A DNA stretch of 36,016 bases from Chiloscyllium plagiosum (GCF_004010195.1 NW_025215269.1:23606-59621), one strand, 5' to 3'. Counted from the first letter of the stretch, positions 12,501 through 26,188 are shown. The notes: generated by a model not told the origin, from the sequence alone. Made by a program: numbers and translations.

Positions 12501-15411
12501 TGATGAGTCAACCAGGAGAAGTTACCACCCCACACCCAGCATGTAGGTCTTTGTACCCGACCCCAGTGCATTGATCTGTAAACCAGGAGCAGTTGCCGTC
12601 CCATTATGTAGGACTGTGTACATCACCCCAGTGCATTGATCTGTAACCCAGGAGCATTTACCCTCCCAGCATGTAGGACTGTTTACACTCGCCCAGTACA
12701 TTGATCTGGAAACCAGGAGCAGTTACCCACCGAGCATGTCGGACTGTGTAGACCACCCCAGTGCATTGATCTGTAAACCAGGAGCAGATAACCTCCCAGC
12801 ATGTAGGGCTGTGTACACAAGCCCAGTGTATTGATCTGTAACCCAGGAGCAGCTACCCTCCCTGCATTCAGGACTTTGTACACCAACCCAGTGCATTGAT
12901 CTGTAAACCAGGAGCAATTACCCTCCCAGCATGTAGGGCTGTGTACACCACGCCAGTTCATTGATCTGTAAACCAGTAGCAGTTACCCTCCCAGCAAGTA
13001 GGACTGTGTACGCCACCACAGTGCATTGATCTGCAAACCAGGAGCAGTTACCCTCACTGCATAGAGGTCTGTGTACACCACAATAGTGCATTGATATGTG
13101 AACCAGTGGCAGTTACCCTCCCAGCATGTCGGACTGTGTACACAACCCAAGTGCATTGATCTGTAAACCAGGAGCAACTACCCTTACTGCATATAGGACT
13201 GTGTACACCATCCCAGTGCACTAATCTGTGAAACAGAAGCCGTTACCCTCCCAGCATTTAGAACTCGGTACTCCGCCCCAGTGCTTTTATCTGTATACTA
13301 GGAGAAGTTATCTTCCTAGCATGTAGGACTGGGTACCCCACACTAGTGCATTGACATGTAACCAAGGAGCAGTTAACCTCCCAGCATGTAGAACTGTGTA
13401 CACCACCCCAGTGCATTGACCTGTAAACCAGGAGCACTTACACTCACAGCACGTAGGACTGTGTACAACCAACTCACGGCATTGATGAGTAAACCAGGAG
13501 AAGTTACCACCCCACACCCTACATGTAGATCTGTGTACCCCACCCCAGTGCATTGATCTGTAAACCAGGTGCAGTTAACCTCCCAGCATGTAGGACTGTG
13601 TACACCATTCCTGTGCACTCATCGGTAAACCAGAAGCAGTTACCCACCCAGCATGTAAGACTGTGGACACCACCCCAGCGTATTGATCTGCAAACCAGGA
13701 GCAGTTACCCTTCCTGCATGCAGGACTGTGTACACCACCCCAGTGCATTGATCTGTAAACCAGGAGCAGTTACTCTCCCAGCATGGACAACTGTGTACAC
13801 CACCCCAGTGCATTGTTCTGTAACCCAGGCGCAGTTTCCCTCCAAGCACGTGGAGCTGTTCACCGAACCCCAGTGCATTGATCAGCAAACCAGAAGCAGT
13901 TATCGTCCCATTATGTAGGACAGTATACATCACCCCAGTGCATTGATCTGTAACCCAGGAGCATTTACCCTCCCAGCATTTAGGACTTTTGACACCACCC
14001 CAGTGCATTGATGTGTAAACCAGGAGCAGTTCCCCACCCAGTAAGTAGGACTGTGTACACCACCGCAGTGCATTGATCTTTAAACCAAGAGCAGTTACCC
14101 TCCCAGTATGTAGGACTGTGTACACCACCACACTGTATTGATCTGTACATCAGGCGCAGTTCCCCTCCCAGCATGTAGGACTGTGAAACCCACCCCTGTG
14201 CATTGATCTGTAAACCAGGAGCAGCTACCCCTCCCCAGCATGTCGGACTGTGTGCACCACCTCAGTGCATTGATCTATAACCCAGGAGCAGTTAACCCCA
14301 ACATGTAGACCTGTGTACACCACGCCAGTGTATTGATTTGTAAACCAGAAGCAGTTACCCTCTCTGCATGTAGGACTGTGTACACCACCCCAGTGCATTG
14401 ATCTGTAAACCAGGAGCAGTTACCCTCCCAGCATGTAGGACTGTGTACCCCACCCCATTGCATTGATCTGTAACCCTGGAGCAGTTACCCCCAACATTTA
14501 GAGCTGTGTACATCACCCCAGTGTATTGATCTGTAAACCAGGAGCAGTTATATTCCCTGCATGCAGGACTAAGTGCAACATCCCAGTGCATTGATCTGTA
14601 AACTAGGAGCAGTTACCCTCCCAGCATGGAGGACTGTATACCCCATCCCAGTGCATTGACCTGTGACCCTGGAGCAGTTACCCCCCAACATTTAGAGCTG
14701 TGTCCATCACCCAGTGTATTGATCTGTAAACCAGGAGCAGTTATACTCCCTGCATGCAGGACTGAGTACAACATCCCAGTGCATTGATCTGTAAACTAGG
14801 AACAGTTACTTACCCAGCATCTACACCTGTGTACACCACCCTAGTTTACTGATCTGTAAACCAGTGGCAGTTACCCTCCCTACATGTAGGATTGTGTACA
14901 CTACCCCAGGGCATTGACCTGCAAACCAGGAGCAGTCACCCACCCCGCATGTAGGGGTGTGTACACCACCCCAGTGCATTGATCTGTAACCCAGGAGCAG
15001 TTACCCCACCCCCCAGCATGTAGAGCTGTGTACAACACCCCTGTGTATTGATCTGTAAACCAGCAGCATTTACACTCCCAGCATGTAGGACTGTGTACCC
15101 CACCCCAGTGCATTGTGTCCACATCCCCAGTGCATTGATCTGTAAACCAGGAGCATTTACCCTCCCAGCATGTAAGTCTGTGCACCACCCCAGTACATTG
15201 ATCTGTAACCCAGGAGCAGTTACCCTTCCAGCATGTAGGGCTGTGTATACTACCCCAGTGTATTGTTCTGTAACCCAGGAGCAGTTACTCTTTCAGCATG
15301 TAGAGCTTTTTACACCACCCCAGTGCATTGATCTGTAACACATGAGTAGTTACCCACCCAACATGTAGGACTGTGTACATCACCCCAGTGCATTGATCTG
15401 TAACACATGAG

Positions 15412-15930
15412 TAGTTACCCACCCAACATGTCGGACTGTGTACACCACCCCAGTGCATTGATCTGTAACACATGAATAGTTACCCACCCAACATGTCGGA
15501 CTGTGTACACCACCCCAGTGCATTGATCTGTAACACATGAATAGTTACCCACCCAACATGTCGGACTGTGTACACCACCCCAGTGCATTGATCTGTAACA
15601 CATGAATAGTTACCCACCCAACATGTCGGACTGTGTACACCACCCCAGTGCATTGATCTGTAACACATGAATAGTTACCCACCCAACATGTCGGACTGTG
15701 TACACCACCCCAGTGCATTGATCTGTAACACATGAATAGTTACCCACCCAACATGTCGGACTGTGTACACCACCCCAGTGCATTGATCTGTAACACATGA
15801 ATAGTTACCCACCCAACATGTCGGACTGTGTACACCACCCCAGTGCATTGATCTGTAACACATGAATAGTTACCCACCCAACATGTCGGACTGTGTACAC
15901 CACCCCAGTGCATTGATCTGTAACACATGA
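15412..15930. repeat. ~8 identical 65-bp satellite monomers
   Basis: tagttacccacccaacatgtcggactgtgtacaccaccccagtgcattgatctgtaacacatgaa repeats exactly; identical ORF calls recur every 65 bp from 15415 to 15740. Confidence 0.95.
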
Positions 15931-18900
15931 GTAGTTACCCACCCAACATGTAGGACTGTGTATCCCACCCCAGTGCATTGATGTGTAAACTAGGAGCTTT
16001 TACCCTCCCAACATGTATTACTTTGTACACCACCCCAGTGCATTGATCTGTAACACATGAGTAGTTACCCACCCAACATGTAGGACTGTGTATCCCACCC
16101 CAGTGCATTGATGTGTAAACTAGGAGCTTTTACCCTCCCAACATGTATTACTTTGTACACCACCCCAGTGCATTGATCTGTAACACATGAGTAGTTACCC
16201 ACCCAACATGTAGGACTGTGTATCCCACCCCAGTGCATTGATGTGTAAACTAGGAGCTTTTACCCTCCCAACATGTATTACTTTGTACACCACCCCAGTG
16301 CATTGATCTGTAACACATGAGTAGTTACCCACCCAACATGTAGGACTGTGTATCCCACCCCAGTGCATTGATGTGTAAACTAGGAGCTTTTACCCTCCCA
16401 ACATGTATTACTTTGTACACCACCCCAGTGCATTGATCTGTAACACATGAGTAGTTACCCACCCAACATGTAGGACTGTGTATCCCACCCCAGTGCATTG
16501 ATGTGTAAACTAGGAGCTTTTACCCTCCCAACATGTATTACTTTGTACACCACCCCAGTGCATTGATCTGTAACACATGAGTAGTTACCCACCCAACATG
16601 TAGGACTGTGTATCCCACCCCAGTGCATTGATGTGTAAACTAGGAGCTTTTACCCTCCCAACATGTATTACTTTGTACACCACCCCAGTGCATTGATCTG
16701 TAACACATGAGTAGTTACCCACCCAACATGTAGGACTGTGTATCCCACCCCAGTGCATTGATGTGTAAACTAGGAGCTTTTACCCTCCCAACATGTATTA
16801 CTTTGTACACCACCCCAGTGCATTGATCTGTAACACATGAGTAGTTACCCACCCAACATGTAGGACTGTGTATCCCACCCCAGTGCATTGATGTGTAAAC
16901 TAGGAGCTTTTACCCTCCCAACATGTATTACTTTGTACACCACCCCAGTGCATTGATCTGTAACACATGAGTAGTTACCCACCCAACATGTAGGACTGTG
17001 TATCCCACCCCAGTGCATTGATGTGTAAACTAGGAGCTTTTACCCTCCCAACATGTATTACTTTGTACACCACCCCAGTGCATTGATCTGTAACACATGA
17101 GTAGTTACCCACCCAACATGTAGGACTGTGTATCCCACCCCAGTGCATTGATGTGTAAACTAGGAGCTTTTACCCTCCCAACATGTATTACTTTGTACAC
17201 CACCCCAGTGCATTGATCTGTAACACATGAGTAGTTACCCACCCAACATGTAGGACTGTGTATCCCACCCCAGTGCATTGATGTGTAAACTAGGAGCTTT
17301 TACCCTCCCAACATGTATTACTTTGTACACCACCCCAGTGCATTGATCTGTAACACATGAGTAGTTACCCACCCAACATGTAGGACTGTGTATCCCACCC
17401 CAGTGCATTGATGTGTAAACTAGGAGCTTTTACCCTCCCAACATGTATTACTTTGTACACCACCCCAGTGCATTGATCTGTAACACATGAGTAGTTACCC
17501 ACCCAACATGTAGGACTGTGTATCCCACCCCAGTGCATTGATGTGTAAACTAGGAGCTTTTACCCTCCCAACATGTATTACTTTGTACACCACCCCAGTG
17601 CATTGATCTGTAACACATGAGTAGTTACCCACCCAACATGTAGGACTGTGTATCCCACCCCAGTGCATTGATGTGTAAACTAGGAGCTTTTACCCTCCCA
17701 ACATGTATTACTTTGTACACCACCCCAGTGCATTGATCTGTAACACATGAGTAGTTACCCACCCAACATGTAGGACTGTGTATCCCACCCCAGTGCATTG
17801 ATGTGTAAACTAGGAGCTTTTACCCTCCCAACATGTATTACTTTGTACACCACCCCAGTGCATTGATCTGTAACACATGAGTAGTTACCCACCCAACATG
17901 TAGGACTGTGTATCCCACCCCAGTGCATTGATGTGTAAACTAGGAGCTTTTACCCTCCCAACATGTATTACTTTGTACACCACCCCAGTGCATTGATCTG
18001 TAACACATGAGTAGTTACCCACCCAACATGTAGGACTGTGTATCCCACCCCAGTGCATTGATGTGTAAACTAGGAGCTTTTACCCTCCCAACATGTATTA
18101 CTTTGTACACCACCCCAGTGCATTGATCTGTAACACATGAGTAGTTACCCACCCAACATGTAGGACTGTGTATCCCACCCCAGTGCATTGATGTGTAAAC
18201 TAGGAGCTTTTACCCTCCCAACATGTATTACTTTGTACACCACCCCAGTGCATTGATCTGTAACACATGAGTAGTTACCCACCCAACATGTAGGACTGTG
18301 TATCCCACCCCAGTGCATTGATGTGTAAACTAGGAGCTTTTACCCTCCCAACATGTATTACTTTGTACACCACCCCAGTGCATTGATCTGTAACACATGA
18401 GTAGTTACCCACCCAACATGTAGGACTGTGTATCCCACCCCAGTGCATTGATGTGTAAACTAGGAGCTTTTACCCTCCCAACATGTATTACTTTGTACAC
18501 CACCCCAGTGCATTGATCTGTAACACATGAGTAGTTACCCACCCAACATGTAGGACTGTGTATCCCACCCCAGTGCATTGATGTGTAAACTAGGAGCTTT
18601 TACCCTCCCAACATGTATTACTTTGTACACCACCCCAGTGCATTGATCTGTAACACATGAGTAGTTACCCACCCAACATGTAGGACTGTGTATCCCACCC
18701 CAGTGCATTGATGTGTAAACTAGGAGCTTTTACCCTCCCAACATGTATTACTTTGTACACCACCCCAGTGCATTGATCTGTAACACATGAGTAGTTACCC
18801 ACCCAACATGTAGGACTGTGTATCCCACCCCAGTGCATTGATGTGTAAACTAGGAGCTTTTACCCTCCCAACATGTATTACTTTGTACACCACCCCAGTG

Positions 18901-21900
18901 CATTGATCTGTAACACATGAGTAGTTACCCACCCAACATGTAGGACTGTGTATCCCACCCCAGTGCATTGATGTGTAAACTAGGAGCTTTTACCCTCCCA
19001 ACATGTATTACTTTGTACACCACCCCAGTGCATTGATCTGTAACACATGAGTAGTTACCCACCCAACATGTAGGACTGTGTATCCCACCCCAGTGCATTG
19101 ATGTGTAAACTAGGAGCTTTTACCCTCCCAACATGTATTACTTTGTACACCACCCCAGTGCATTGATCTGTAACACATGAGTAGTTACCCACCCAACATG
19201 TAGGACTGTGTATCCCACCCCAGTGCATTGATGTGTAAACTAGGAGCTTTTACCCTCCCAACATGTATTACTTTGTACACCACCCCAGTGCATTGATCTG
19301 TAACACATGAGTAGTTACCCACCCAACATGTAGGACTGTGTATCCCACCCCAGTGCATTGATGTGTAAACTAGGAGCTTTTACCCTCCCAACATGTATTA
19401 CTTTGTACACCACCCCAGTGCATTGATCTGTAACACATGAGTAGTTACCCACCCAACATGTAGGACTGTGTATCCCACCCCAGTGCATTGATGTGTAAAC
19501 TAGGAGCTTTTACCCTCCCAACATGTATTACTTTGTACACCACCCCAGTGCATTGATCTGTAACACATGAGTAGTTACCCACCCAACATGTAGGACTGTG
19601 TATCCCACCCCAGTGCATTGATGTGTAAACTAGGAGCTTTTACCCTCCCAACATGTATTACTTTGTACACCACCCCAGTGCATTGATCTGTAACACATGA
19701 GTAGTTACCCACCCAACATGTAGGACTGTGTATCCCACCCCAGTGCATTGATGTGTAAACTAGGAGCTTTTACCCTCCCAACATGTATTACTTTGTACAC
19801 CACCCCAGTGCATTGATCTGTAACACATGAGTAGTTACCCACCCAACATGTAGGACTGTGTATCCCACCCCAGTGCATTGATGTGTAAACTAGGAGCTTT
19901 TACCCTCCCAACATGTATTACTTTGTACACCACCCCAGTGCATTGATCTGTAACACATGAGTAGTTACCCACCCAACATGTAGGACTGTGTATCCCACCC
20001 CAGTGCATTGATGTGTAAACTAGGAGCTTTTACCCTCCCAACATGTATTACTTTGTACACCACCCCAGTGCATTGATCTGTAACACATGAGTAGTTACCC
20101 ACCCAACATGTAGGACTGTGTATCCCACCCCAGTGCATTGATGTGTAAACTAGGAGCTTTTACCCTCCCAACATGTATTACTTTGTACACCACCCCAGTG
20201 CATTGATCTGTAACACATGAGTAGTTACCCACCCAACATGTAGGACTGTGTATCCCACCCCAGTGCATTGATGTGTAAACTAGGAGCTTTTACCCTCCCA
20301 ACATGTATTACTTTGTACACCACCCCAGTGCATTGATCTGTAACACATGAGTAGTTACCCACCCAACATGTAGGACTGTGTATCCCACCCCAGTGCATTG
20401 ATGTGTAAACTAGGAGCTTTTACCCTCCCAACATGTATTACTTTGTACACCACCCCAGTGCATTGATCTGTAACACATGAGTAGTTACCCACCCAACATG
20501 TAGGACTGTGTATCCCACCCCAGTGCATTGATGTGTAAACTAGGAGCTTTTACCCTCCCAACATGTATTACTTTGTACACCACCCCAGTGCATTGATCTG
20601 TAACACATGAGTAGTTACCCACCCAACATGTAGGACTGTGTATCCCACCCCAGTGCATTGATGTGTAAACTAGGAGCTTTTACCCTCCCAACATGTATTA
20701 CTTTGTACACCACCCCAGTGCATTGATCTGTAACACATGAGTAGTTACCCACCCAACATGTAGGACTGTGTATCCCACCCCAGTGCATTGATGTGTAAAC
20801 TAGGAGCTTTTACCCTCCCAACATGTATTACTTTGTACACCACCCCAGTGCATTGATCTGTAACACATGAGTAGTTACCCACCCAACATGTAGGACTGTG
20901 TATCCCACCCCAGTGCATTGATGTGTAAACTAGGAGCTTTTACCCTCCCAACATGTATTACTTTGTACACCACCCCAGTGCATTGATCTGTAACACATGA
21001 GTAGTTACCCACCCAACATGTAGGACTGTGTATCCCACCCCAGTGCATTGATGTGTAAACTAGGAGCTTTTACCCTCCCAACATGTATTACTTTGTACAC
21101 CACCCCAGTGCATTGATCTGTAACACATGAGTAGTTACCCACCCAACATGTAGGACTGTGTATCCCACCCCAGTGCATTGATGTGTAAACTAGGAGCTTT
21201 TACCCTCCCAACATGTATTACTTTGTACACCACCCCAGTGCATTGATCTGTAACACATGAGTAGTTACCCACCCAACATGTAGGACTGTGTATCCCACCC
21301 CAGTGCATTGATGTGTAAACTAGGAGCTTTTACCCTCCCAACATGTATTACTTTGTACACCACCCCAGTGCATTGATCTGTAACACATGAGTAGTTACCC
21401 ACCCAACATGTAGGACTGTGTATCCCACCCCAGTGCATTGATGTGTAAACTAGGAGCTTTTACCCTCCCAACATGTATTACTTTGTACACCACCCCAGTG
21501 CATTGATCTGTAACACATGAGTAGTTACCCACCCAACATGTAGGACTGTGTATCCCACCCCAGTGCATTGATGTGTAAACTAGGAGCTTTTACCCTCCCA
21601 ACATGTATTACTTTGTACACCACCCCAGTGCATTGATCTGTAACACATGAGTAGTTACCCACCCAACATGTAGGACTGTGTATCCCACCCCAGTGCATTG
21701 ATGTGTAAACTAGGAGCTTTTACCCTCCCAACATGTATTACTTTGTACACCACCCCAGTGCATTGATCTGTAACACATGAGTAGTTACCCACCCAACATG
21801 TAGGACTGTGTATCCCACCCCAGTGCATTGATGTGTAAACTAGGAGCTTTTACCCTCCCAACATGTATTACTTTGTACACCACCCCAGTGCATTGATCTG

Positions 21901-24900
21901 TAACACATGAGTAGTTACCCACCCAACATGTAGGACTGTGTATCCCACCCCAGTGCATTGATGTGTAAACTAGGAGCTTTTACCCTCCCAACATGTATTA
22001 CTTTGTACACCACCCCAGTGCATTGATCTGTAACACATGAGTAGTTACCCACCCAACATGTAGGACTGTGTATCCCACCCCAGTGCATTGATGTGTAAAC
22101 TAGGAGCTTTTACCCTCCCAACATGTATTACTTTGTACACCACCCCAGTGCATTGATCTGTAACACATGAGTAGTTACCCACCCAACATGTAGGACTGTG
22201 TATCCCACCCCAGTGCATTGATGTGTAAACTAGGAGCTTTTACCCTCCCAACATGTATTACTTTGTACACCACCCCAGTGCATTGATCTGTAACACATGA
22301 GTAGTTACCCACCCAACATGTAGGACTGTGTATCCCACCCCAGTGCATTGATGTGTAAACTAGGAGCTTTTACCCTCCCAACATGTATTACTTTGTACAC
22401 CACCCCAGTGCATTGATCTGTAACACATGAGTAGTTACCCACCCAACATGTAGGACTGTGTATCCCACCCCAGTGCATTGATGTGTAAACTAGGAGCTTT
22501 TACCCTCCCAACATGTATTACTTTGTACACCACCCCAGTGCATTGATCTGTAACACATGAGTAGTTACCCACCCAACATGTAGGACTGTGTATCCCACCC
22601 CAGTGCATTGATGTGTAAACTAGGAGCTTTTACCCTCCCAACATGTATTACTTTGTACACCACCCCAGTGCATTGATCTGTAACACATGAGTAGTTACCC
22701 ACCCAACATGTAGGACTGTGTATCCCACCCCAGTGCATTGATGTGTAAACTAGGAGCTTTTACCCTCCCAACATGTATTACTTTGTACACCACCCCAGTG
22801 CATTGATCTGTAACACATGAGTAGTTACCCACCCAACATGTAGGACTGTGTATCCCACCCCAGTGCATTGATGTGTAAACTAGGAGCTTTTACCCTCCCA
22901 ACATGTATTACTTTGTACACCACCCCAGTGCATTGATCTGTAACACATGAGTAGTTACCCACCCAACATGTAGGACTGTGTATCCCACCCCAGTGCATTG
23001 ATGTGTAAACTAGGAGCTTTTACCCTCCCAACATGTATTACTTTGTACACCACCCCAGTGCATTGATCTGTAACACATGAGTAGTTACCCACCCAACATG
23101 TAGGACTGTGTATCCCACCCCAGTGCATTGATGTGTAAACTAGGAGCTTTTACCCTCCCAACATGTATTACTTTGTACACCACCCCAGTGCATTGATCTG
23201 TAACACATGAGTAGTTACCCACCCAACATGTAGGACTGTGTATCCCACCCCAGTGCATTGATGTGTAAACTAGGAGCTTTTACCCTCCCAACATGTATTA
23301 CTTTGTACACCACCCCAGTGCATTGATCTGTAACACATGAGTAGTTACCCACCCAACATGTAGGACTGTGTATCCCACCCCAGTGCATTGATGTGTAAAC
23401 TAGGAGCTTTTACCCTCCCAACATGTATTACTTTGTACACCACCCCAGTGCATTGATCTGTAACACATGAGTAGTTACCCACCCAACATGTAGGACTGTG
23501 TATCCCACCCCAGTGCATTGATGTGTAAACTAGGAGCTTTTACCCTCCCAACATGTATTACTTTGTACACCACCCCAGTGCATTGATCTGTAACACATGA
23601 GTAGTTACCCACCCAACATGTAGGACTGTGTATCCCACCCCAGTGCATTGATGTGTAAACTAGGAGCTTTTACCCTCCCAACATGTATTACTTTGTACAC
23701 CACCCCAGTGCATTGATCTGTAACACATGAGTAGTTACCCACCCAACATGTAGGACTGTGTATCCCACCCCAGTGCATTGATGTGTAAACTAGGAGCTTT
23801 TACCCTCCCAACATGTATTACTTTGTACACCACCCCAGTGCATTGATCTGTAACACATGAGTAGTTACCCACCCAACATGTAGGACTGTGTATCCCACCC
23901 CAGTGCATTGATGTGTAAACTAGGAGCTTTTACCCTCCCAACATGTATTACTTTGTACACCACCCCAGTGCATTGATCTGTAACACATGAGTAGTTACCC
24001 ACCCAACATGTAGGACTGTGTATCCCACCCCAGTGCATTGATGTGTAAACTAGGAGCTTTTACCCTCCCAACATGTATTACTTTGTACACCACCCCAGTG
24101 CATTGATCTGTAACACATGAGTAGTTACCCACCCAACATGTAGGACTGTGTATCCCACCCCAGTGCATTGATGTGTAAACTAGGAGCTTTTACCCTCCCA
24201 ACATGTATTACTTTGTACACCACCCCAGTGCATTGATCTGTAACACATGAGTAGTTACCCACCCAACATGTAGGACTGTGTATCCCACCCCAGTGCATTG
24301 ATGTGTAAACTAGGAGCTTTTACCCTCCCAACATGTATTACTTTGTACACCACCCCAGTGCATTGATCTGTAACACATGAGTAGTTACCCACCCAACATG
24401 TAGGACTGTGTATCCCACCCCAGTGCATTGATGTGTAAACTAGGAGCTTTTACCCTCCCAACATGTATTACTTTGTACACCACCCCAGTGCATTGATCTG
24501 TAACACATGAGTAGTTACCCACCCAACATGTAGGACTGTGTATCCCACCCCAGTGCATTGATGTGTAAACTAGGAGCTTTTACCCTCCCAACATGTATTA
24601 CTTTGTACACCACCCCAGTGCATTGATCTGTAACACATGAGTAGTTACCCACCCAACATGTAGGACTGTGTATCCCACCCCAGTGCATTGATGTGTAAAC
24701 TAGGAGCTTTTACCCTCCCAACATGTATTACTTTGTACACCACCCCAGTGCATTGATCTGTAACACATGAGTAGTTACCCACCCAACATGTAGGACTGTG
24801 TATCCCACCCCAGTGCATTGATGTGTAAACTAGGAGCTTTTACCCTCCCAACATGTATTACTTTGTACACCACCCCAGTGCATTGATCTGTAACACATGA

Positions 24901-24954
24901 GTAGTTACCCACCCAACATGTAGGACTGTGTATCCCACCCCAGTGCATTGATGT
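15901..24954. repeat. Homogeneous 130-bp dimeric higher-order repeat, ~69.6 copies
   Basis: The unit starting caccccagtgcattgatctgtaacacatgagtag... recurs at 15901+130n up to 24871, then a partial unit ends at 24954. It is made of two distinct 65-bp monomers, and no differences between copies were seen by eye. Confidence 0.97.
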
Positions 24955-25264
24955 CACAGTAGAGATGACACCCTCGTGGAGGTCTGAGTGGTCTTCTGTT
25001 GTTCTCTGTATCCTGTGTTGAGGAGGGAAATTCTTGTCACTGGTTACTCCGGTGTTACAGAAAGGTTTAGAAACAAAATGGTTTGACTTTCTGCCAGTAG
25101 AGAGGGCCCAGGACAAACAGCAGCAGGGAGACAGAATGAGAAGCAGCTGGTCTGGAAACTCTTTGCCGCTTGCAATTCTCAGAGCAATGTCAAATGTATT
25201 TCACACTGAGCAAGACTCAGCTGGTTGAAGAGGCAGAGCGGGGGTGCTTACGCTGTGTCTGTGG

Positions 25265-25354
25265 TGCTCGTTGGTCTCTGGATATGATTCTCGCTTTGGG
25301 TCTTATACTGCGCAGGCTTGTGAGAGATCCAGGGTTCAAATTCAGGATAAGCCC
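25265..25354 (+). pseudogene. tRNA-Pro(UGG)-derived gene with an 18-nt intron-like insertion at 37/38 (probably a pseudogene)
   Basis: 5' half 25265-25300 TGCTCGTTGGTCTCTGGATATGATTCTCGCTTTGGG and 3' half 25319-25354 TGTGAGAGATCCAGGGTTCAAATTCAGGATAAGCCC align without gaps to vertebrate tRNA-Pro (about 61/72 by eye). Insert TCTTATACTGCGCAGGCT follows anticodon TGG+G37. B-box GGTTCAAA is retained, but the stems carry mismatches. Confidence 0.88.
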
Positions 25355-25504
25355 GCGTTTCCTGGTATGTGCCAGAGTGGATTTTCTCAAAAAGCCCCTT
25401 GGCTAAACGAGGTTGGGCTGCTTGGAGTACAACTTAAGCAGAAAGCAGGGAAGTGAAATGATAGCATATTGCATTGACGTCAGTGGTGCCGTGTTTAAGG
25501 AATG

Positions 25505-25945
25505 TCAGCGATGAGTGTAGTTTGGAAAATTAGGATAGCTCTCCTCGGAGAACAGAAGGTTGAAATCTGGCCTGATTGAAGCTTTCCGAGTCATGCGGGG
25601 TCCAGACAGAGAAAGTAATGCAGTTAACATGCTCCCACACCTGAAAAGATCGGCCATGATTCGGCAGAGTTTTAAAGTCATGAGGAAAAGAACTAAAAGT
25701 GACATTAGGAAGAACGCTTTCGTATAGGTAGTGGTTAGGCTCAGCAAATCCCTAACTGACACTGACAAAGGGGCAGATTGAATAGACGCAAACGGGAATT
25801 CGGTGGTCATGTTTAAAGTAACGATATGCACAAATACACGTAGAAGGCAAGCTAATGATATGAATAGAAACACACATTTACTTACTGTGTCGAACCAGCA
25901 GAGCAAAGGTGGGCCGCATGGCTTCCGTCTGCGCTGTGACACAGG
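25505..25945 (+). mobile_element. Decayed CR1 LINE 3' fragment (cassette copy A)
   Basis: agaaggttgaaatctggcctgattgaagctttccgagtcatg resembles the CR1 C-terminal RRLRGDLIEVFKIM; CR1-type tail gggccgcatggcttcc...tgtg; paralogous to 28725-29145. Confidence 0.75.
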
Positions 25946-26131
25946 CTGTGATTCAGAATGAAATCACAGTTCGACGAACAGAATGTCGGAAGTGAGAAAA
26001 AAGTTTATGTTTCCACAGCCTCCATACGTCTGCGCACCAGCATATTACACGACAGCAGTGGAGATCTTTGACATCAGTCTCGAACGTGCCTGCCACATGC
26101 CAGACGAAAGGCTGAAGGGACCTGTGGAAAA

Positions 26132-26188
26132 CGGGAGCATGCTGGGCTCATAACGCAGAGGTCAATGGATCGAAGCCATCCTCTGCTT
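26132..26188 (+). pseudogene. 5'-truncated initiator tRNA-Met(CAU) pseudogene
   Basis: CGGGAGCATGCTGGGCTCATAACGCAGAGGTCAATGGATCGAAGCCATCCTCTGCT matches positions ~16-72 of eukaryotic tRNA-iMet, including the CAT anticodon and the initiator-specific GATCGAA T-loop, and is followed by a T run. Confidence 0.88.

Larger units (their letters stand above)
1..15411. repeat. Diverged 65-bp tandem satellite array (interrupted by an N gap)
   Basis: Head-to-tail repeats of consensus GTGCATTGATCTGTAAACCAGGAGCAGTTACCCTCCCAGCATGTAGGACTGTGTACACCACCCCA (65 nt) with scattered substitutions and occasional indel monomers; plus strand C-rich. Confidence 0.97.

Noticed and set aside
76..15928. Dozens of Cys/His/Trp-rich ORFs (MHWGGVHSPTCWEGNCSWFTDQC...) resembling zinc-finger or Cys-rich repeat proteins
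   Set aside because: They are translations of the 65-bp satellite. The period is not a multiple of 3, so frames rotate and hit stops about every 195 bp; there is no C2H2 spacing or TGEKP linker.
1..24954. CRISPR-like array or diversity-cassette system (conserved core with variable segments)
   Set aside because: The variable segments are point variants of one consensus, not unique spacers; there are no cas or recombinase genes and the context is vertebrate.
1..24954. Satellite as a tRNA-derived or hammerhead-encoding repeat (like newt satellite 2)
   Set aside because: No GTTCRA B-box, cloverleaf or CUGANGA...GAAA core in the consensus on either strand; the CATGCTGGG match to the iMet copies is too short to mean anything.
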